Below, piece after piece: positions 18,794-28,495 of a stretch of DNA of 46,744 bases. Under the pieces are notes generated by a model. That model did no database searches. It was not told where the DNA came from and worked only from the letters and a program-made list of their open reading frames with translations. Both the position numbers and the translations under genes were made by a program. How positions within the stretch are numbered: the stretch's first letter is position 1; each line of letters opens with the position of its first letter. The stretch lies in IMG/VR virus record IMGVR_UViG_3300032295_004435, positions 1-46,744 of that record. The stretch is one strand, 5' to 3'. Origin of the DNA: a virus (lineage: Duplodnaviria; Caudoviricetes).

Positions 18794-20435
18794 AGACATT
18801 TATTGGTTAAATAAAGATTCAAGAAAATTTCTTGAAAGGGGGTATCTGACAGAAGGCGAAACTGCCGAGCAAAGAATTCAAGATATTGCGCGCGCGGCTG
18901 AGAATTATCTTAAAATTACCGGCTTTGCTGATAAATTTTATAATTATATGTCTAGAGGATTTTATTCTCTATCTAGCCCAATATGGTCTAACTTCGGTCG
19001 CAAAAGGGGTTTGCCAATCTCATGTTTTGGTTCCTATATTCCAGACACAATGGAAGGCATTATGGAAAAAGTTTCGGAAACTGCTGTTATGACAAAACAC
19101 GGTGGAGGAACCTCGGCTTATTTTGGAAAGCTTAGGGGAAGAGGCGCACCAATTTCATCTGGAGGAGAATCTACCGGTTCCGTACACTTTATGGAACTTT
19201 ATGACAAGCTCATGACGGTAGTTTCCCAGGGAAACGTAAGAAGAGGTTCATTTGCAGCTTATCTTCCAATTGATCACCCAGACATAGAAGAGTTTCTGAA
19301 AATAAAATCAGAGGGAAGCGAGATTCAAGATATGTCTATTGGCGTGTCTGTTTCTGACGAATGGATGAAAAAGATGATTGATGGAGACAAAGATGCTCGT
19401 AAAATTTGGGGGCTTGTTATTAAAAAACGCTTTGAATCTGGATATCCATATATTTTCTTTAGCGATAACGCAAACAATCAATCTCCACAGGTCTATAAAG
19501 ATAAAGGAATGAAAATTAATAATTCTAATCTTTGTTCCGAAATTATGCTTTCAAATTCAGAAGATGAGTCTTTTGTATGCGACCTTTCTTCACTAAATCT
19601 AGAAACTTGGGAAGAATGGAAGGATACCGATGCGGTAGAAACCCTAGTTTGCTTCTTAGACGCCGTAATGTCGGAGTTTATAGAAAAAACCGAAGGAATG
19701 AAATTCATGGACGCTCCAAGAAAATTTGCCATAAATCAAAGAGCAATAGGAGTTGGCGTTCTTGGATGGCATTCTTTACTACAATCCAAAATGATTAGTT
19801 TTGAATCGATGGATGCAAAAATGCTAAATAATCAAATTTGGCAGTCTATAAGAAAAAAAGCCGATAAAGCATCAGAGGATATGTCTAGAACCCATGGCGA
19901 GCCTCCGCTACTAGTTGGATATAATAGAAGAAACGCAACTACACTAGCAGTAGCTCCAACAACATCTTCTAGTTTTATACTTGGTCAAGTATCACCAAGT
20001 ATAGAGCCGCTAAACAGCAATTATTTTGTAAAAGACTTAGCAAAGGGTAAATTTACATATAAAAATCCATATCTTAAAAATGTTTTAAAAGAAAAAGATA
20101 AAGACAACGACGACATCTGGAAGTCGATTTTAGTAAAAGGTGGTAGCGTTCAGCACTTAGACTTCTTATCCGAAAACGAAAAAGAGGTATTTAAAACGTT
20201 TGGTGAAATTTCGCAAAAAGAAATTATAATTCAAGCAGCTCAGCGTCAAAAATATATCGATCAAGGGCAAAGCTTAAATATAATGATTCCACCAAACACG
20301 AAGCCCAAAGAGGTCAACGAACTCATGATTTTCGCATGGGAGCAAGGAATCAAATCTCTATATTATCAGAGAAGCGCAAATCCAGCACAAGAACTAGCCA
20401 GATCGATTTTAACCTGTAAAAGTTGTGAAAGTTAA
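18786..20435 (+). CDS. nrdA: Ribonucleotide reductase alpha subunit (short, no ATP cone)
   Basis: PISCF, GGGTS, QGNVRRG, SNLCSEI, APTTSSS, DQGQSLN, KSLYY, C-terminal CKSC. Confidence 0.95.
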   Translation: MNKDIYWLNKDSRKFLERGYLTEGETAEQRIQDIARAAENYLKITGFADKFYNYMSRGFYSLSSPIWSNFGRKRGLPISCFGSYIPDTMEGIMEKVSETAVMTKHGGGTSAYFGKLRGRGAPISSGGESTGSVHFMELYDKLMTVVSQGNVRRGSFAAYLPIDHPDIEEFLKIKSEGSEIQDMSIGVSVSDEWMKKMIDGDKDARKIWGLVIKKRFESGYPYIFFSDNANNQSPQVYKDKGMKINNSNLCSEIMLSNSEDESFVCDLSSLNLETWEEWKDTDAVETLVCFLDAVMSEFIEKTEGMKFMDAPRKFAINQRAIGVGVLGWHSLLQSKMISFESMDAKMLNNQIWQSIRKKADKASEDMSRTHGEPPLLVGYNRRNATTLAVAPTTSSSFILGQVSPSIEPLNSNYFVKDLAKGKFTYKNPYLKNVLKEKDKDNDDIWKSILVKGGSVQHLDFLSENEKEVFKTFGEISQKEIIIQAAQRQKYIDQGQSLNIMIPPNTKPKEVNELMIFAWEQGIKSLYYQRSANPAQELARSILTCKSCES

Positions 20436-20448
20436 TACTTATAATTAA

Positions 20449-20454
20449 GTGTAA
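20449..20454 (+). promoter_or_regulatory. GTGTAA motif, candidate phage-specific promoter
   Basis: AAGTGTAAA in a 46-nt gap before 20482. Confidence 0.45.
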
Positions 20455-20481
20455 ACCTGATGGTCATTTATTTATCTATCA

Positions 20482-21756
20482 ATGAGACAAATAAACAATA
20501 TGAACCATATGGATACTATAATAACCAATACAGAAGAAGACAAAAACGAACTTCATCAAACCGTTTTCGGCTTTCCAACTAGGAATGTATTTGCATCCAA
20601 AAGTTTAAATTTAATTTATATTATTGTGATGATTGTGTCGATAGCATTTGCCTATCACGCATTAGGGTTGATATTAACAGATTGGAGCAGCGGTTTAATA
20701 TTTCTTTCTTCTTTGGCTGTTGTTGGGCTTCCATATTGTATTAAAATTATAATGTATGGAAAAGAAGTATTTACGTATCAAATTGCCATTTTATGTATAT
20801 TGATAAGTTTACTTCCAGCTATATTTGACTTTGTTGGATTATATTCAGAAACTAGCATTAAACAACAGTTAATGAATAAAAAATTCGAAGTACTTGAAAC
20901 TGTTAATTATTTTGACAAACAAGCAAGAACATATATAAATAATGAAATATTAGCATTAAATAATCTCACAAATATAAAAAATACAGATGAGCAACAATCT
21001 TTTAATATAAAATCAAAAGAAGCAAACGATAAACTAAATAAAGCGGTTTCCGAAATAGAACAAAAAATAAATTCCAAATCTAGAATATTAAACGAAAGAG
21101 TCAATAAAGCACAACAAGCCGTATTGGATGAAACCAAGGGGGTAAGGGGAAAAACTACCTCAGGAGTGGCTGGTAATGGTCCAAGATCAATTGAGCTTGA
21201 ATCCGATTTAAGAAAAGAACAAGCATCTGTAGAGTTAGAAAAAAAAGAACTAGAAGAAAACAAAGAAAAAGAAATCGAAAAAATAAAAACATCTATAGAA
21301 TTAGAAATAAAAACTCTAGAAGAAAATCATTTTAAAGAGTTAGACAAATTAAAAAAAGAAAACGAAAATAAACTAAACTCTCTCAAAGAAGCGATAGAAT
21401 CAATAGATAATTTAGTTGGAGACGACGGATTGGTAGTAAAGGCTAATAAAGCGCAGACATTAATTGAACTCGCGGAAGCCTCGATTAAATTGAACAGTTC
21501 AATAAATACAATATCTTCAAAACTTAAAACAGAGCCAAAATATATAAAATTTGAATCAGATGATGTTATTCAGCTTTCTTTTGGCGCATTATTTCGCGGA
21601 GAAATAACTGCAATTGTATGTTTTTTATTAGCCGTTTTACTGGAAATAGTTGATACAATCATAGTTTATATGGTTAGATGTCCCAAAATTACTAAAAATA
21701 AAGAAAAAAAAGAGCCAATTAGCAATTTAAGATCAAGAACGCATTATCAACTTTAA
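20482..21756 (+). CDS. Membrane protein with long coiled coil (DUF4407-like)
   Basis: Three N-terminal TM segments, E/K-rich coiled coil containing E..G....SG..G.GPR, one C-terminal TM. Confidence 0.65.
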   Translation: MRQINNMNHMDTIITNTEEDKNELHQTVFGFPTRNVFASKSLNLIYIIVMIVSIAFAYHALGLILTDWSSGLIFLSSLAVVGLPYCIKIIMYGKEVFTYQIAILCILISLLPAIFDFVGLYSETSIKQQLMNKKFEVLETVNYFDKQARTYINNEILALNNLTNIKNTDEQQSFNIKSKEANDKLNKAVSEIEQKINSKSRILNERVNKAQQAVLDETKGVRGKTTSGVAGNGPRSIELESDLRKEQASVELEKKELEENKEKEIEKIKTSIELEIKTLEENHFKELDKLKKENENKLNSLKEAIESIDNLVGDDGLVVKANKAQTLIELAEASIKLNSSINTISSKLKTEPKYIKFESDDVIQLSFGALFRGEITAIVCFLLAVLLEIVDTIIVYMVRCPKITKNKEKKEPISNLRSRTHYQL

Positions 21757-21775
21757 TAAAAAAAATAGTAAATAC

Positions 21776-22201
21776 ATGAATATAAACATAAAAATAACTA
21801 ATGAAAATGCAAAAATTCCATCAAAATCATCTAACGATGACGCTGGATATGATCTGTACTGTTGCGAAGACGTAACCATTAAGCCCATGGAAAGAAAGCT
21901 CATCAAAACCGGAATAGCGATGAGCATACCATCCGGTTATTACGGTCACATTTCTGACAGAAGCGGCATGGCTTTTAAAAAAGGCGCGCATTGCCTAGGG
22001 AAAATAGTAGACCCGTCTTATAGAGGGGAAATAGGCGTTATTATTCTAAACACTGACATGTATGACACCATTAAAGTTCAAAAGGGGGACAGAATAGCGC
22101 AAATGATTTTCAAAAAATATGAAAATGTTGAATTTTCAATAGAGGAACAGTTAGATCAGACTAGCAGGGGATCCGGTGGCTATGGAAGCTCTGGAGATTA
22201 A
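21776..22201 (+). CDS. dut: dUTPase (trimeric)
   Basis: AGYDL, RSG, VDPSYRGE, GDRIAQ, RGSGGYGSSG. Confidence 0.95.
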   Translation: MNINIKITNENAKIPSKSSNDDAGYDLYCCEDVTIKPMERKLIKTGIAMSIPSGYYGHISDRSGMAFKKGAHCLGKIVDPSYRGEIGVIILNTDMYDTIKVQKGDRIAQMIFKKYENVEFSIEEQLDQTSRGSGGYGSSGD

Positions 22202-22235
22202 TTTTTTTAACAAAAAAGATATAAATTTAATTATT

Positions 22236-22241
22236 GTGTAA
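22236..22241 (+). promoter_or_regulatory. GTGTAA motif, candidate phage-specific promoter
   Basis: TGTGTAATTTTAT, 13 nt identical to the copy at 1782-1794. Confidence 0.5.
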
Positions 22242-22266
22242 TTTTATTTACTACAAATAAACAAAC

Positions 22267-22698
22267 ATGCAATCAGAAGAAGACGATATAAACTTTAGAG
22301 CAAATGATTTGTCTATAGAAGATTTAAAGCAAAATCTTCAAGATTCAAATCGTATATTATTTGATGATTTGAAAAATAGATTTACCCAAGATCTATTGGC
22401 AAGCATGATTTTTTTCGTATTCAATGAAGCCTGCAGAAACAGAGACCAAAATTTATCAGAATTTGACGACGGAGGCAGTACACCTTTTGCCAAAACATTT
22501 TTTTCAACGTGGCACAAGCACGCTAAAAAGCAATCAAAAAAAGAAATACTAGAAATAAATAATCAACTTAAAAATGAAAAAATGAATTTCTTGAGCGCGA
22601 TTTCTAATTTTTCCCTTCCAAGCACTGAAGATTATCAGTCCATTTACGATAAAGCTCTACTAGATATTCAAAAGCTTTTTGAAAAAAACACAACATAA
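22267..22698 (+). CDS. Hypothetical protein
   Basis: 143-aa ORF with ATG in a co-oriented run. Confidence 0.65.
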   Translation: MQSEEDDINFRANDLSIEDLKQNLQDSNRILFDDLKNRFTQDLLASMIFFVFNEACRNRDQNLSEFDDGGSTPFAKTFFSTWHKHAKKQSKKEILEINNQLKNEKMNFLSAISNFSLPSTEDYQSIYDKALLDIQKLFEKNTT

Positions 22699-22756
22699 GA
22701 CTAATTGTATTTAATAAATTTTTTTGATTTATATATGCTATATTGTATGATACCTT

Positions 22757-22999
22757 ATGATAAAGGTAAAAATTTCCAGCTTTTCTGTAGATGAAAGCAA
22801 CATAGGCGGATCTTCAGAACTTGAATTAAAATCTTTTATAGTAAAGACCGATAAAGACGACCAAACCTTTACTGAAAATTCAGTAAAAGATGGATATATC
22901 ATTATTATGTCAGAATCAGAATATAAAGAAAAATTAATTTCTAAATCCACAAGAAGATCTAATCCATTGCTTGTTAATTTTGAAGAGTATAGTAGCTAA
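22757..22999 (+). CDS. Hypothetical protein
   Basis: 80-aa ORF filling the gap. Confidence 0.55.
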   Translation: MIKVKISSFSVDESNIGGSSELELKSFIVKTDKDDQTFTENSVKDGYIIIMSESEYKEKLISKSTRRSNPLLVNFEEYSS

Positions 23000-23019
23000 G
23001 TAATATTTAAACCTTTCGC

Positions 23020-23766
23020 ATGAATTCTGTTATTTTAACGTCTTACTTTTCAATTAAAAAGCATCCTAATGATCCTAATGATAAATGCGTTATCGGTCGC
23101 GGCAATGATGGCAGGGTTCTACAAAATGATTTCCGATACATTGAGCCTTGGTATAATTCTGTTAACAAATTAAATCTAGAAGGAAGAGTTTTTCATGACA
23201 ATCTATCTGAAGATTTTTTAAACAAATATACCACAGATAAAATAAAATTTATCAAGGTTACACCATCTGATTACTCGAATAACGACTGGAGATTTTTTTG
23301 TTATAGAAATTATTTAGAAGAAAATAGATTCGATTGTGTTTTTTTGACCGACGGTTCAGATGTAAGGGTAGTTAAAGATCCGTGCAAAATTATTAAAGAT
23401 AATCCAGAAGTAGACTTATTTGCGTGCAAAGATAGCATTATGCTTAATGAGTTTCCATACTTACAAATTCATCAACAAGCACAATGGGAAAATTACGTTT
23501 GGTTTTCTATTTTTCAAAAAACACTTGAATTAATCAATATGGGGGTTATTGGCGGAAATTATGAGAATATTTTATTATTTTTAAATAAATTTTGCGAAAC
23601 AAGAATTAAGCTCGGTAATACGGATTTTAATTCCGACATGTGGACCGGTCAATATGTTTTTAGAGATCTGCTATCAGATAAAAAAATGCTAATTGGAGAA
23701 CCATTTACTAGTAATTTTAAAAAATACGAAACCCACAGAGAAGACGTTTATTTTATTCACAAGTAA
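23020..23766 (+). CDS. Putative GT-A glycosyltransferase
   Basis: VFLTDGSDV acidic motif and INMGVIGG; first gene of the glycosylation cluster. Confidence 0.55.
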   Translation: MNSVILTSYFSIKKHPNDPNDKCVIGRGNDGRVLQNDFRYIEPWYNSVNKLNLEGRVFHDNLSEDFLNKYTTDKIKFIKVTPSDYSNNDWRFFCYRNYLEENRFDCVFLTDGSDVRVVKDPCKIIKDNPEVDLFACKDSIMLNEFPYLQIHQQAQWENYVWFSIFQKTLELINMGVIGGNYENILLFLNKFCETRIKLGNTDFNSDMWTGQYVFRDLLSDKKMLIGEPFTSNFKKYETHREDVYFIHK

Positions 23767-23767
23767 T

Positions 23768-24688
23768 ATGAAAATTTGCTTTATAGCTCCAGGTGAAATT
23801 AGCGTCCCTCCGTCTGGGTGGGGCGCCCTAGAAACAGTAGTATGGAATCAATATTTTAATTTGAAAAAAATTGGCTATGATGTTTCAATTATTAATGAGC
23901 CAGACTCTAAATTAACTCTAGAAAAAATTAACGAAATAAATCCCGATATAGTACATCTACATTATGGGGCGCATTACGACATAATGCCATATGTAAAATG
24001 TAGAAAAATTGTAACAAATCACGATGGCAGCTTCTTATCCTCAAAAAATTTCCACGAATCGGTCATAAGAAACTTTTTGTATGATTGCGAGTTTTTTATT
24101 CTGACCACATGGGAAAAAGATTTTCTCTTGAGAGTAGGAATTTCGCCACAAAAAATTAAAGTACTTCCCAATGGTGTAGATTTTAATGCTTTCAATTTTC
24201 AAGCAAAACCAAAAAATCAAGATTCAAGTATTTGCTTGGGAAAAATAGACAAAAGAAAAAATCAAGCGTTTCTTCAATCATTAGATAGCGGAATTTTTTT
24301 CGTTGGTCAAAATACCATTGCAGAATTTAATCCGTTAGATAGTAAATATCTTGGACTATGGACAAGAGCTGAAGTATATGAAAAATTAACGGATTACTGT
24401 AATTTAGTTTTGATATCAGAATTAGAGCTTCAACCATTAGTTTGCCTTGAGGCATTAAGTGCCGGACTAGGATTAGTTGTATCAGAAGTCGCCTCTCAGA
24501 ATCTAGACAACTCCCTGCCGTTTATTACTATAATACCCCAAGATTCAATACATAATCCAGAAATTGTTTCTTCATCAATACGCAATAATCGAAACAGTTG
24601 CATAAATATTGGTCGTGAAAAAATCAGAGAGTATGCAGAGCAATTTTGCTGGGAAAATATTGCAAAAAAATATATAAATTATTTATGA
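23768..24688 (+). CDS. Glycosyltransferase family 4
   Basis: PPSGWGALE, LPNGVD, GKIDKRKNQ, ELQPLVCLEALSAGL; start set at ATG 23768 (MKICF). Confidence 0.85.
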   Translation: MKICFIAPGEISVPPSGWGALETVVWNQYFNLKKIGYDVSIINEPDSKLTLEKINEINPDIVHLHYGAHYDIMPYVKCRKIVTNHDGSFLSSKNFHESVIRNFLYDCEFFILTTWEKDFLLRVGISPQKIKVLPNGVDFNAFNFQAKPKNQDSSICLGKIDKRKNQAFLQSLDSGIFFVGQNTIAEFNPLDSKYLGLWTRAEVYEKLTDYCNLVLISELELQPLVCLEALSAGLGLVVSEVASQNLDNSLPFITIIPQDSIHNPEIVSSSIRNNRNSCINIGREKIREYAEQFCWENIAKKYINYL

Positions 24689-25359
24689 ATATTCAAGCGG
24701 TCCTATTTATGTGCAACGACTTTGCAAGAGCAAAGTTCACATTAGAAAACTTCAGCAAATGGAACCCTAATATTCCTATTCAGTTAGTGAATTCTGGTGG
24801 AAACTGCCCCAAGCAGCATTTGGCACATATTCCCAATATTGAGTTTATCAATGCTCCTAATTTGTGGCACAAACGAACTCTTTGCGGAGTTGGCTCTTTT
24901 GGACCTCAATATTATGATTATCTTTTTAATTTTGGCTTAAATGAAAACTTTTCTCATACGTTATTTTTAGAAACAGATGTTTTGACCAATAGAAAAATTA
25001 CAATCGAACCAAAATATGATATTAGTGGACCTGCAAACCCATGTGGACATAATGAACACGTTTTGTACGATTATTTAAATATTCACGAGAACAGAATACA
25101 CACTGGTTGCGGCGGCACTATATTTAGTTTGAATTATTTCAAAACATTAAAAGATAAAGATTATTCGTTTTTCCAAGAAATGTTTGATAAGTTTCCTCAA
25201 AATTATTTTATGGATTTAATTTCAACCTTAGCGGCAAGAAAAAACGGACTGTCGTTCGGACACTGGGAAGAGGTTTCAAACATTCCTGTTCACGTTGTGA
25301 ACGGAAACTTTGTCAAAGCAGACTATTTAGCAACACTTATACACAATTATAAAATATGA
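24685..25359 (+). CDS. Putative glycosyltransferase
   Basis: LFLETDV motif, GCGG, terminal HNYK; cluster context; ATG 24685 overlaps the upstream stop (ATGA). Confidence 0.5.
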   Translation: MNIQAVLFMCNDFARAKFTLENFSKWNPNIPIQLVNSGGNCPKQHLAHIPNIEFINAPNLWHKRTLCGVGSFGPQYYDYLFNFGLNENFSHTLFLETDVLTNRKITIEPKYDISGPANPCGHNEHVLYDYLNIHENRIHTGCGGTIFSLNYFKTLKDKDYSFFQEMFDKFPQNYFMDLISTLAARKNGLSFGHWEEVSNIPVHVVNGNFVKADYLATLIHNYKI

Positions 25360-25904
25360 AAAAAAAACTACAAGAAAGCTACGAAAAGTTTAAAGGACCA
25401 TGTGGAGATGGAGACAAAGGAACATTTCATTCTTATATAGACATATATGATGAAATTTTTTCTAGATTTTATAAAGATGAATTTAATTTTCTGGAAATAG
25501 GAATCTTAAACGGTAAAAGCATTCACCTGTGGAATGATTATTTTGAAAAAGCCAATATTTTTGCGGTTGATATAAATAACAAAGATCATCTAAATTTAGA
25601 AAACTCTAGAACATTTATTTTTCACGACGATGCAACTAAAGCGGATTTTTTAAAAAAAGTTATAAATAAAAAATTTAAAATAATTATAGATGACGGATCA
25701 CATCAATTAAACGACCAAATATCCTCATTCTTTCTTTTGAAAGATCTTATTGAAGATGGTGGATTATATATTATAGAAGATGTACTTCCAGCCCATGTAC
25801 AGCCAATTCAAAATGAATTCGAAAATTGTTTTAATGTTTTAAATTTAACACATGAAAGACCATCTTGCCCAGACAATATCTTAATGATATATGAAAAAAA
25901 GTGA
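25356..25904 (+). CDS. Class I SAM-dependent (sugar O-)methyltransferase
   Basis: HSY..IY, LEIGI..GKS, IIIDDGSH, GGLYIIED. Confidence 0.8.
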   Translation: MKKKLQESYEKFKGPCGDGDKGTFHSYIDIYDEIFSRFYKDEFNFLEIGILNGKSIHLWNDYFEKANIFAVDINNKDHLNLENSRTFIFHDDATKADFLKKVINKKFKIIIDDGSHQLNDQISSFFLLKDLIEDGGLYIIEDVLPAHVQPIQNEFENCFNVLNLTHERPSCPDNILMIYEKK

Positions 25905-26673
25905 ATCTTATCTGTTCTTATGTTTTGGAAAATCTTATATTTTAGACTGTCAGGATACAATTGAAACATTGCGCTCCTGTGGCGATTTAAGACCGGTCGC
26001 CATTGTTATTCTTCCTGAAGATCTTCTCTTCGCAAAAACATTTAATATATTCAATAAAATCCACATTTTCGACATAAAAAACCACGAGTTATTTAACACT
26101 TGTAAAACGAATTTTGAAAAATTTTGCCTATTGCCTAGACTAGAGCTATACAAATATCTAACCACAGATTACACAATGGTACTAGATACAGACGTATTAT
26201 GCTCTTATAGCGCTGATGAAGCTTGGAATTTTTTAATCAATAAAAATCAAGATCTAATAATGCTTGGCTCAAAAAATAATCCTTCATGGCATTGGGGACA
26301 TTGGGGCGAAATTTGTTCCAAAATTGATATAAAGCCGCAAGAAACACATGGCGGACTTTTTTTTCTTAGAAAAACAAATAATCTTAAAAGAATTTTTGAC
26401 GACGCAAGAGAGTGTTTTCTAAACTATGATAATTTTGGAATGTTAAGATTTTACCAAAATGGAGCTGTAGATGAGCCATGTTTTTCTTACGCTTTTTCCA
26501 AGAACAAATTTCAACCAGTTGAGTTTTCGGAATTTCCAATAATGACCTTTAATTTAAATTCAGAAGACAGCATTCCAACAAAAAAAATGACAGAAGTAAG
26601 ACAAGCCAGATTCATGGAAGAATATATTCCATTTATCCATATGTTTGAAAAAAATCACGGTGAAAATTTTTAG
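25891..26673 (+). CDS. GT8-like glycosyltransferase (possible -1 extension to 26741)
   Basis: VLDTDV DxD motif, HGGLFF, DEPCF, FIH. Confidence 0.65.
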   Translation: MKKSESYLFLCFGKSYILDCQDTIETLRSCGDLRPVAIVILPEDLLFAKTFNIFNKIHIFDIKNHELFNTCKTNFEKFCLLPRLELYKYLTTDYTMVLDTDVLCSYSADEAWNFLINKNQDLIMLGSKNNPSWHWGHWGEICSKIDIKPQETHGGLFFLRKTNNLKRIFDDARECFLNYDNFGMLRFYQNGAVDEPCFSYAFSKNKFQPVEFSEFPIMTFNLNSEDSIPTKKMTEVRQARFMEEYIPFIHMFEKNHGENF

Positions 26674-26742
26674 CAATAAAAGAGAAAATAATAAAAAATG
26701 CATCAATTTGCAATAAAATAATAAAACATAAACTTTTCTAAA

Positions 26743-27858
26743 ATGAACAATATACAAGAAACATATATGGGTAAAAAAATAGACAATGCAAATATTCTAA
26801 ATATAGACGATGCGTATAAAATTCTTTCGGGTAAAAAAGTCTGCATTGTAACCGGGGTAACGGGTCAAGATGGAAGTTACATGGTTGATTATCTTCTTAA
26901 AAATACGGATTTGTTTGTAGTAGGAGGAGTTAGAAGATTGAGCGTTTATAATCATATTAATATAAATCATATCAATAATCCTAGGTTTGTATTGTTGAAT
27001 TTTGATTTAACTGACTCGCATTCTATTTCAAGAATCGTTGAAAAACTTCAACCAGATTATTTTATAAATTTAGCCGCCCAAAGTTTCGTGGCAAGCAGCT
27101 GGGATTTTGCAAGGCAAACGTGGCAGACTAATTCAACTTCTGTTTTGGATATATTGGAGGCAATTAGGTTACACAAACCCTCTTGTAGATTCTATCAAGC
27201 TGGATCTAGCGAAGAGTTTGGAAACGTTTCATATGTTCCGCAAGATGAAAATCACCCACTTAAGCCAAGAAGCCCATACGGGGCAAGCAAAGCCGCCGCA
27301 AGACAGCTTGTAAAGGTATATAGAGACTCATACGATTTATATGCCATTCAAGGATGGTTATTCAACCATGAATCAGAAAGAAGAGGCGTCGAATTTGTCA
27401 CTAGAAAAATTACAACAAATGTTGCCAGAATAAGACATTCTATAAAATCAGGATCTTATTTTTCGCCATTGGAATTAGGAAATATTGATGCAAAAAGAGA
27501 CTGGAGTCACGCAATGGATTTTGTTGAAGGCATATGGCTCATGTTAAATCAAAAGACTCCCAAAGAGTACGTCTTATCGTCAAATGAAACCCATACCGTT
27601 AGAGAATTTGTAGAAAAAGCATTCAAATCCGCAGGAATTGACGGTTCATGGAATGGAGAAGGAATCAACGAAAAATATGTATTAAGCAGCAAGCCCGACA
27701 TAACCTTAATGCAAATAAATGAAAAATTTTACAGACCAGCGGAAGTAGATCTTTTACTCGGCAATTCTGCACTCGCAAGAAAAGAATTAAACTGGGTTCC
27801 AAAAATTTCATTTGATGAATTAGTAAAAAGAATGGTAGAAAATGATTTGAAAAACTAA
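26743..27858 (+). CDS. gmd: GDP-mannose 4,6-dehydratase
   Basis: TGVTGQDGSY, NLAAQSFV, SSEEFG, PRSPYGASK, FNHESERRG, FVTRKI, GNIDAKRDW, RPAEV. Confidence 0.95.
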   Translation: MNNIQETYMGKKIDNANILNIDDAYKILSGKKVCIVTGVTGQDGSYMVDYLLKNTDLFVVGGVRRLSVYNHININHINNPRFVLLNFDLTDSHSISRIVEKLQPDYFINLAAQSFVASSWDFARQTWQTNSTSVLDILEAIRLHKPSCRFYQAGSSEEFGNVSYVPQDENHPLKPRSPYGASKAAARQLVKVYRDSYDLYAIQGWLFNHESERRGVEFVTRKITTNVARIRHSIKSGSYFSPLELGNIDAKRDWSHAMDFVEGIWLMLNQKTPKEYVLSSNETHTVREFVEKAFKSAGIDGSWNGEGINEKYVLSSKPDITLMQINEKFYRPAEVDLLLGNSALARKELNWVPKISFDELVKRMVENDLKN

Positions 27859-27865
27859 ATTCAAA

Positions 27866-27871
27866 GTGTAA
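27866..27871 (+). promoter_or_regulatory. GTGTAA motif, candidate phage-specific promoter
   Basis: AAGTGTAATATATAAT, motif ends 8 nt before ATG 27880. Confidence 0.5.
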
Positions 27872-27879
27872 TATATAAT

Positions 27880-28056
27880 ATGAGTGGACAAGAAAAATTC
27901 GATTCATGCAAGAATAGACCAGACGAGCAAATAGAAATATTTGATGGCTGCCCATGTAGAAATGTCAAAAAACTCGTTTACAAATGCGATAAGCGAAATA
28001 TAGTTGATTTAAAACCAGAGACTTGTGAAGGATGCGACCTTTATGAGCAAAAATAA
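27880..28056 (+). CDS. Small Cys-rich protein, 58 aa (below the ORF-track cutoff)
   Basis: MSGQEKFDSCKNRPDEQIEIFDGCPCRNVKKLVYKCDKRNIVDLKPETCEGCDLYEQK; fills the gap; six Cys. Confidence 0.7.
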   Translation: MSGQEKFDSCKNRPDEQIEIFDGCPCRNVKKLVYKCDKRNIVDLKPETCEGCDLYEQK

Positions 28057-28057
28057 T

Positions 28058-28086
28058 TTGACTTCAAGTTAAAAAGCGCTCATTAT
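28058..28086 (+). promoter_or_regulatory. Sigma70-like promoter
   Basis: TTGACT, 17 nt, CATTAT. Confidence 0.5.
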
Positions 28087-28099
28087 TATTTAGCTTATA

Positions 28100-28480
28100 A
28101 TGGCTAAATTTAAATATAAAAAAGAATATACCGATAAAAATTTTAAATCGGAATTTATAATTTCTTGTCTTCAAGTTCCTAAGTCTCAGCATAGAAATAT
28201 AGCATGGGCAAAAGAAATGAAGATCATGAATGACCTCGTTAAGAAATGCAATAATCCAGAATTCTGGTTTCATGCTCGTACGGAATTTCAAATACCTTCT
28301 CTTGCATGGTTTCTAACAGAAGACGGAAGAAGATATTTAAATGACAGATATAAGAAATTTCACCTTGATCTTAAAAATCAAACTCAAGTTTACGAGATTT
28401 CCGAAGAAAAACACGGGGAAGACCAAGTTCATATTCCCAAAAAGATAAAAACAGTCATGGACTTTATTAAAAAAAAATAA
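28100..28480 (+). CDS. Hypothetical protein
   Basis: 126-aa ORF upstream of recA. Confidence 0.65.
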   Translation: MAKFKYKKEYTDKNFKSEFIISCLQVPKSQHRNIAWAKEMKIMNDLVKKCNNPEFWFHARTEFQIPSLAWFLTEDGRRYLNDRYKKFHLDLKNQTQVYEISEEKHGEDQVHIPKKIKTVMDFIKKK

Positions 28481-28495
28481 TATAGTATATAAGAT

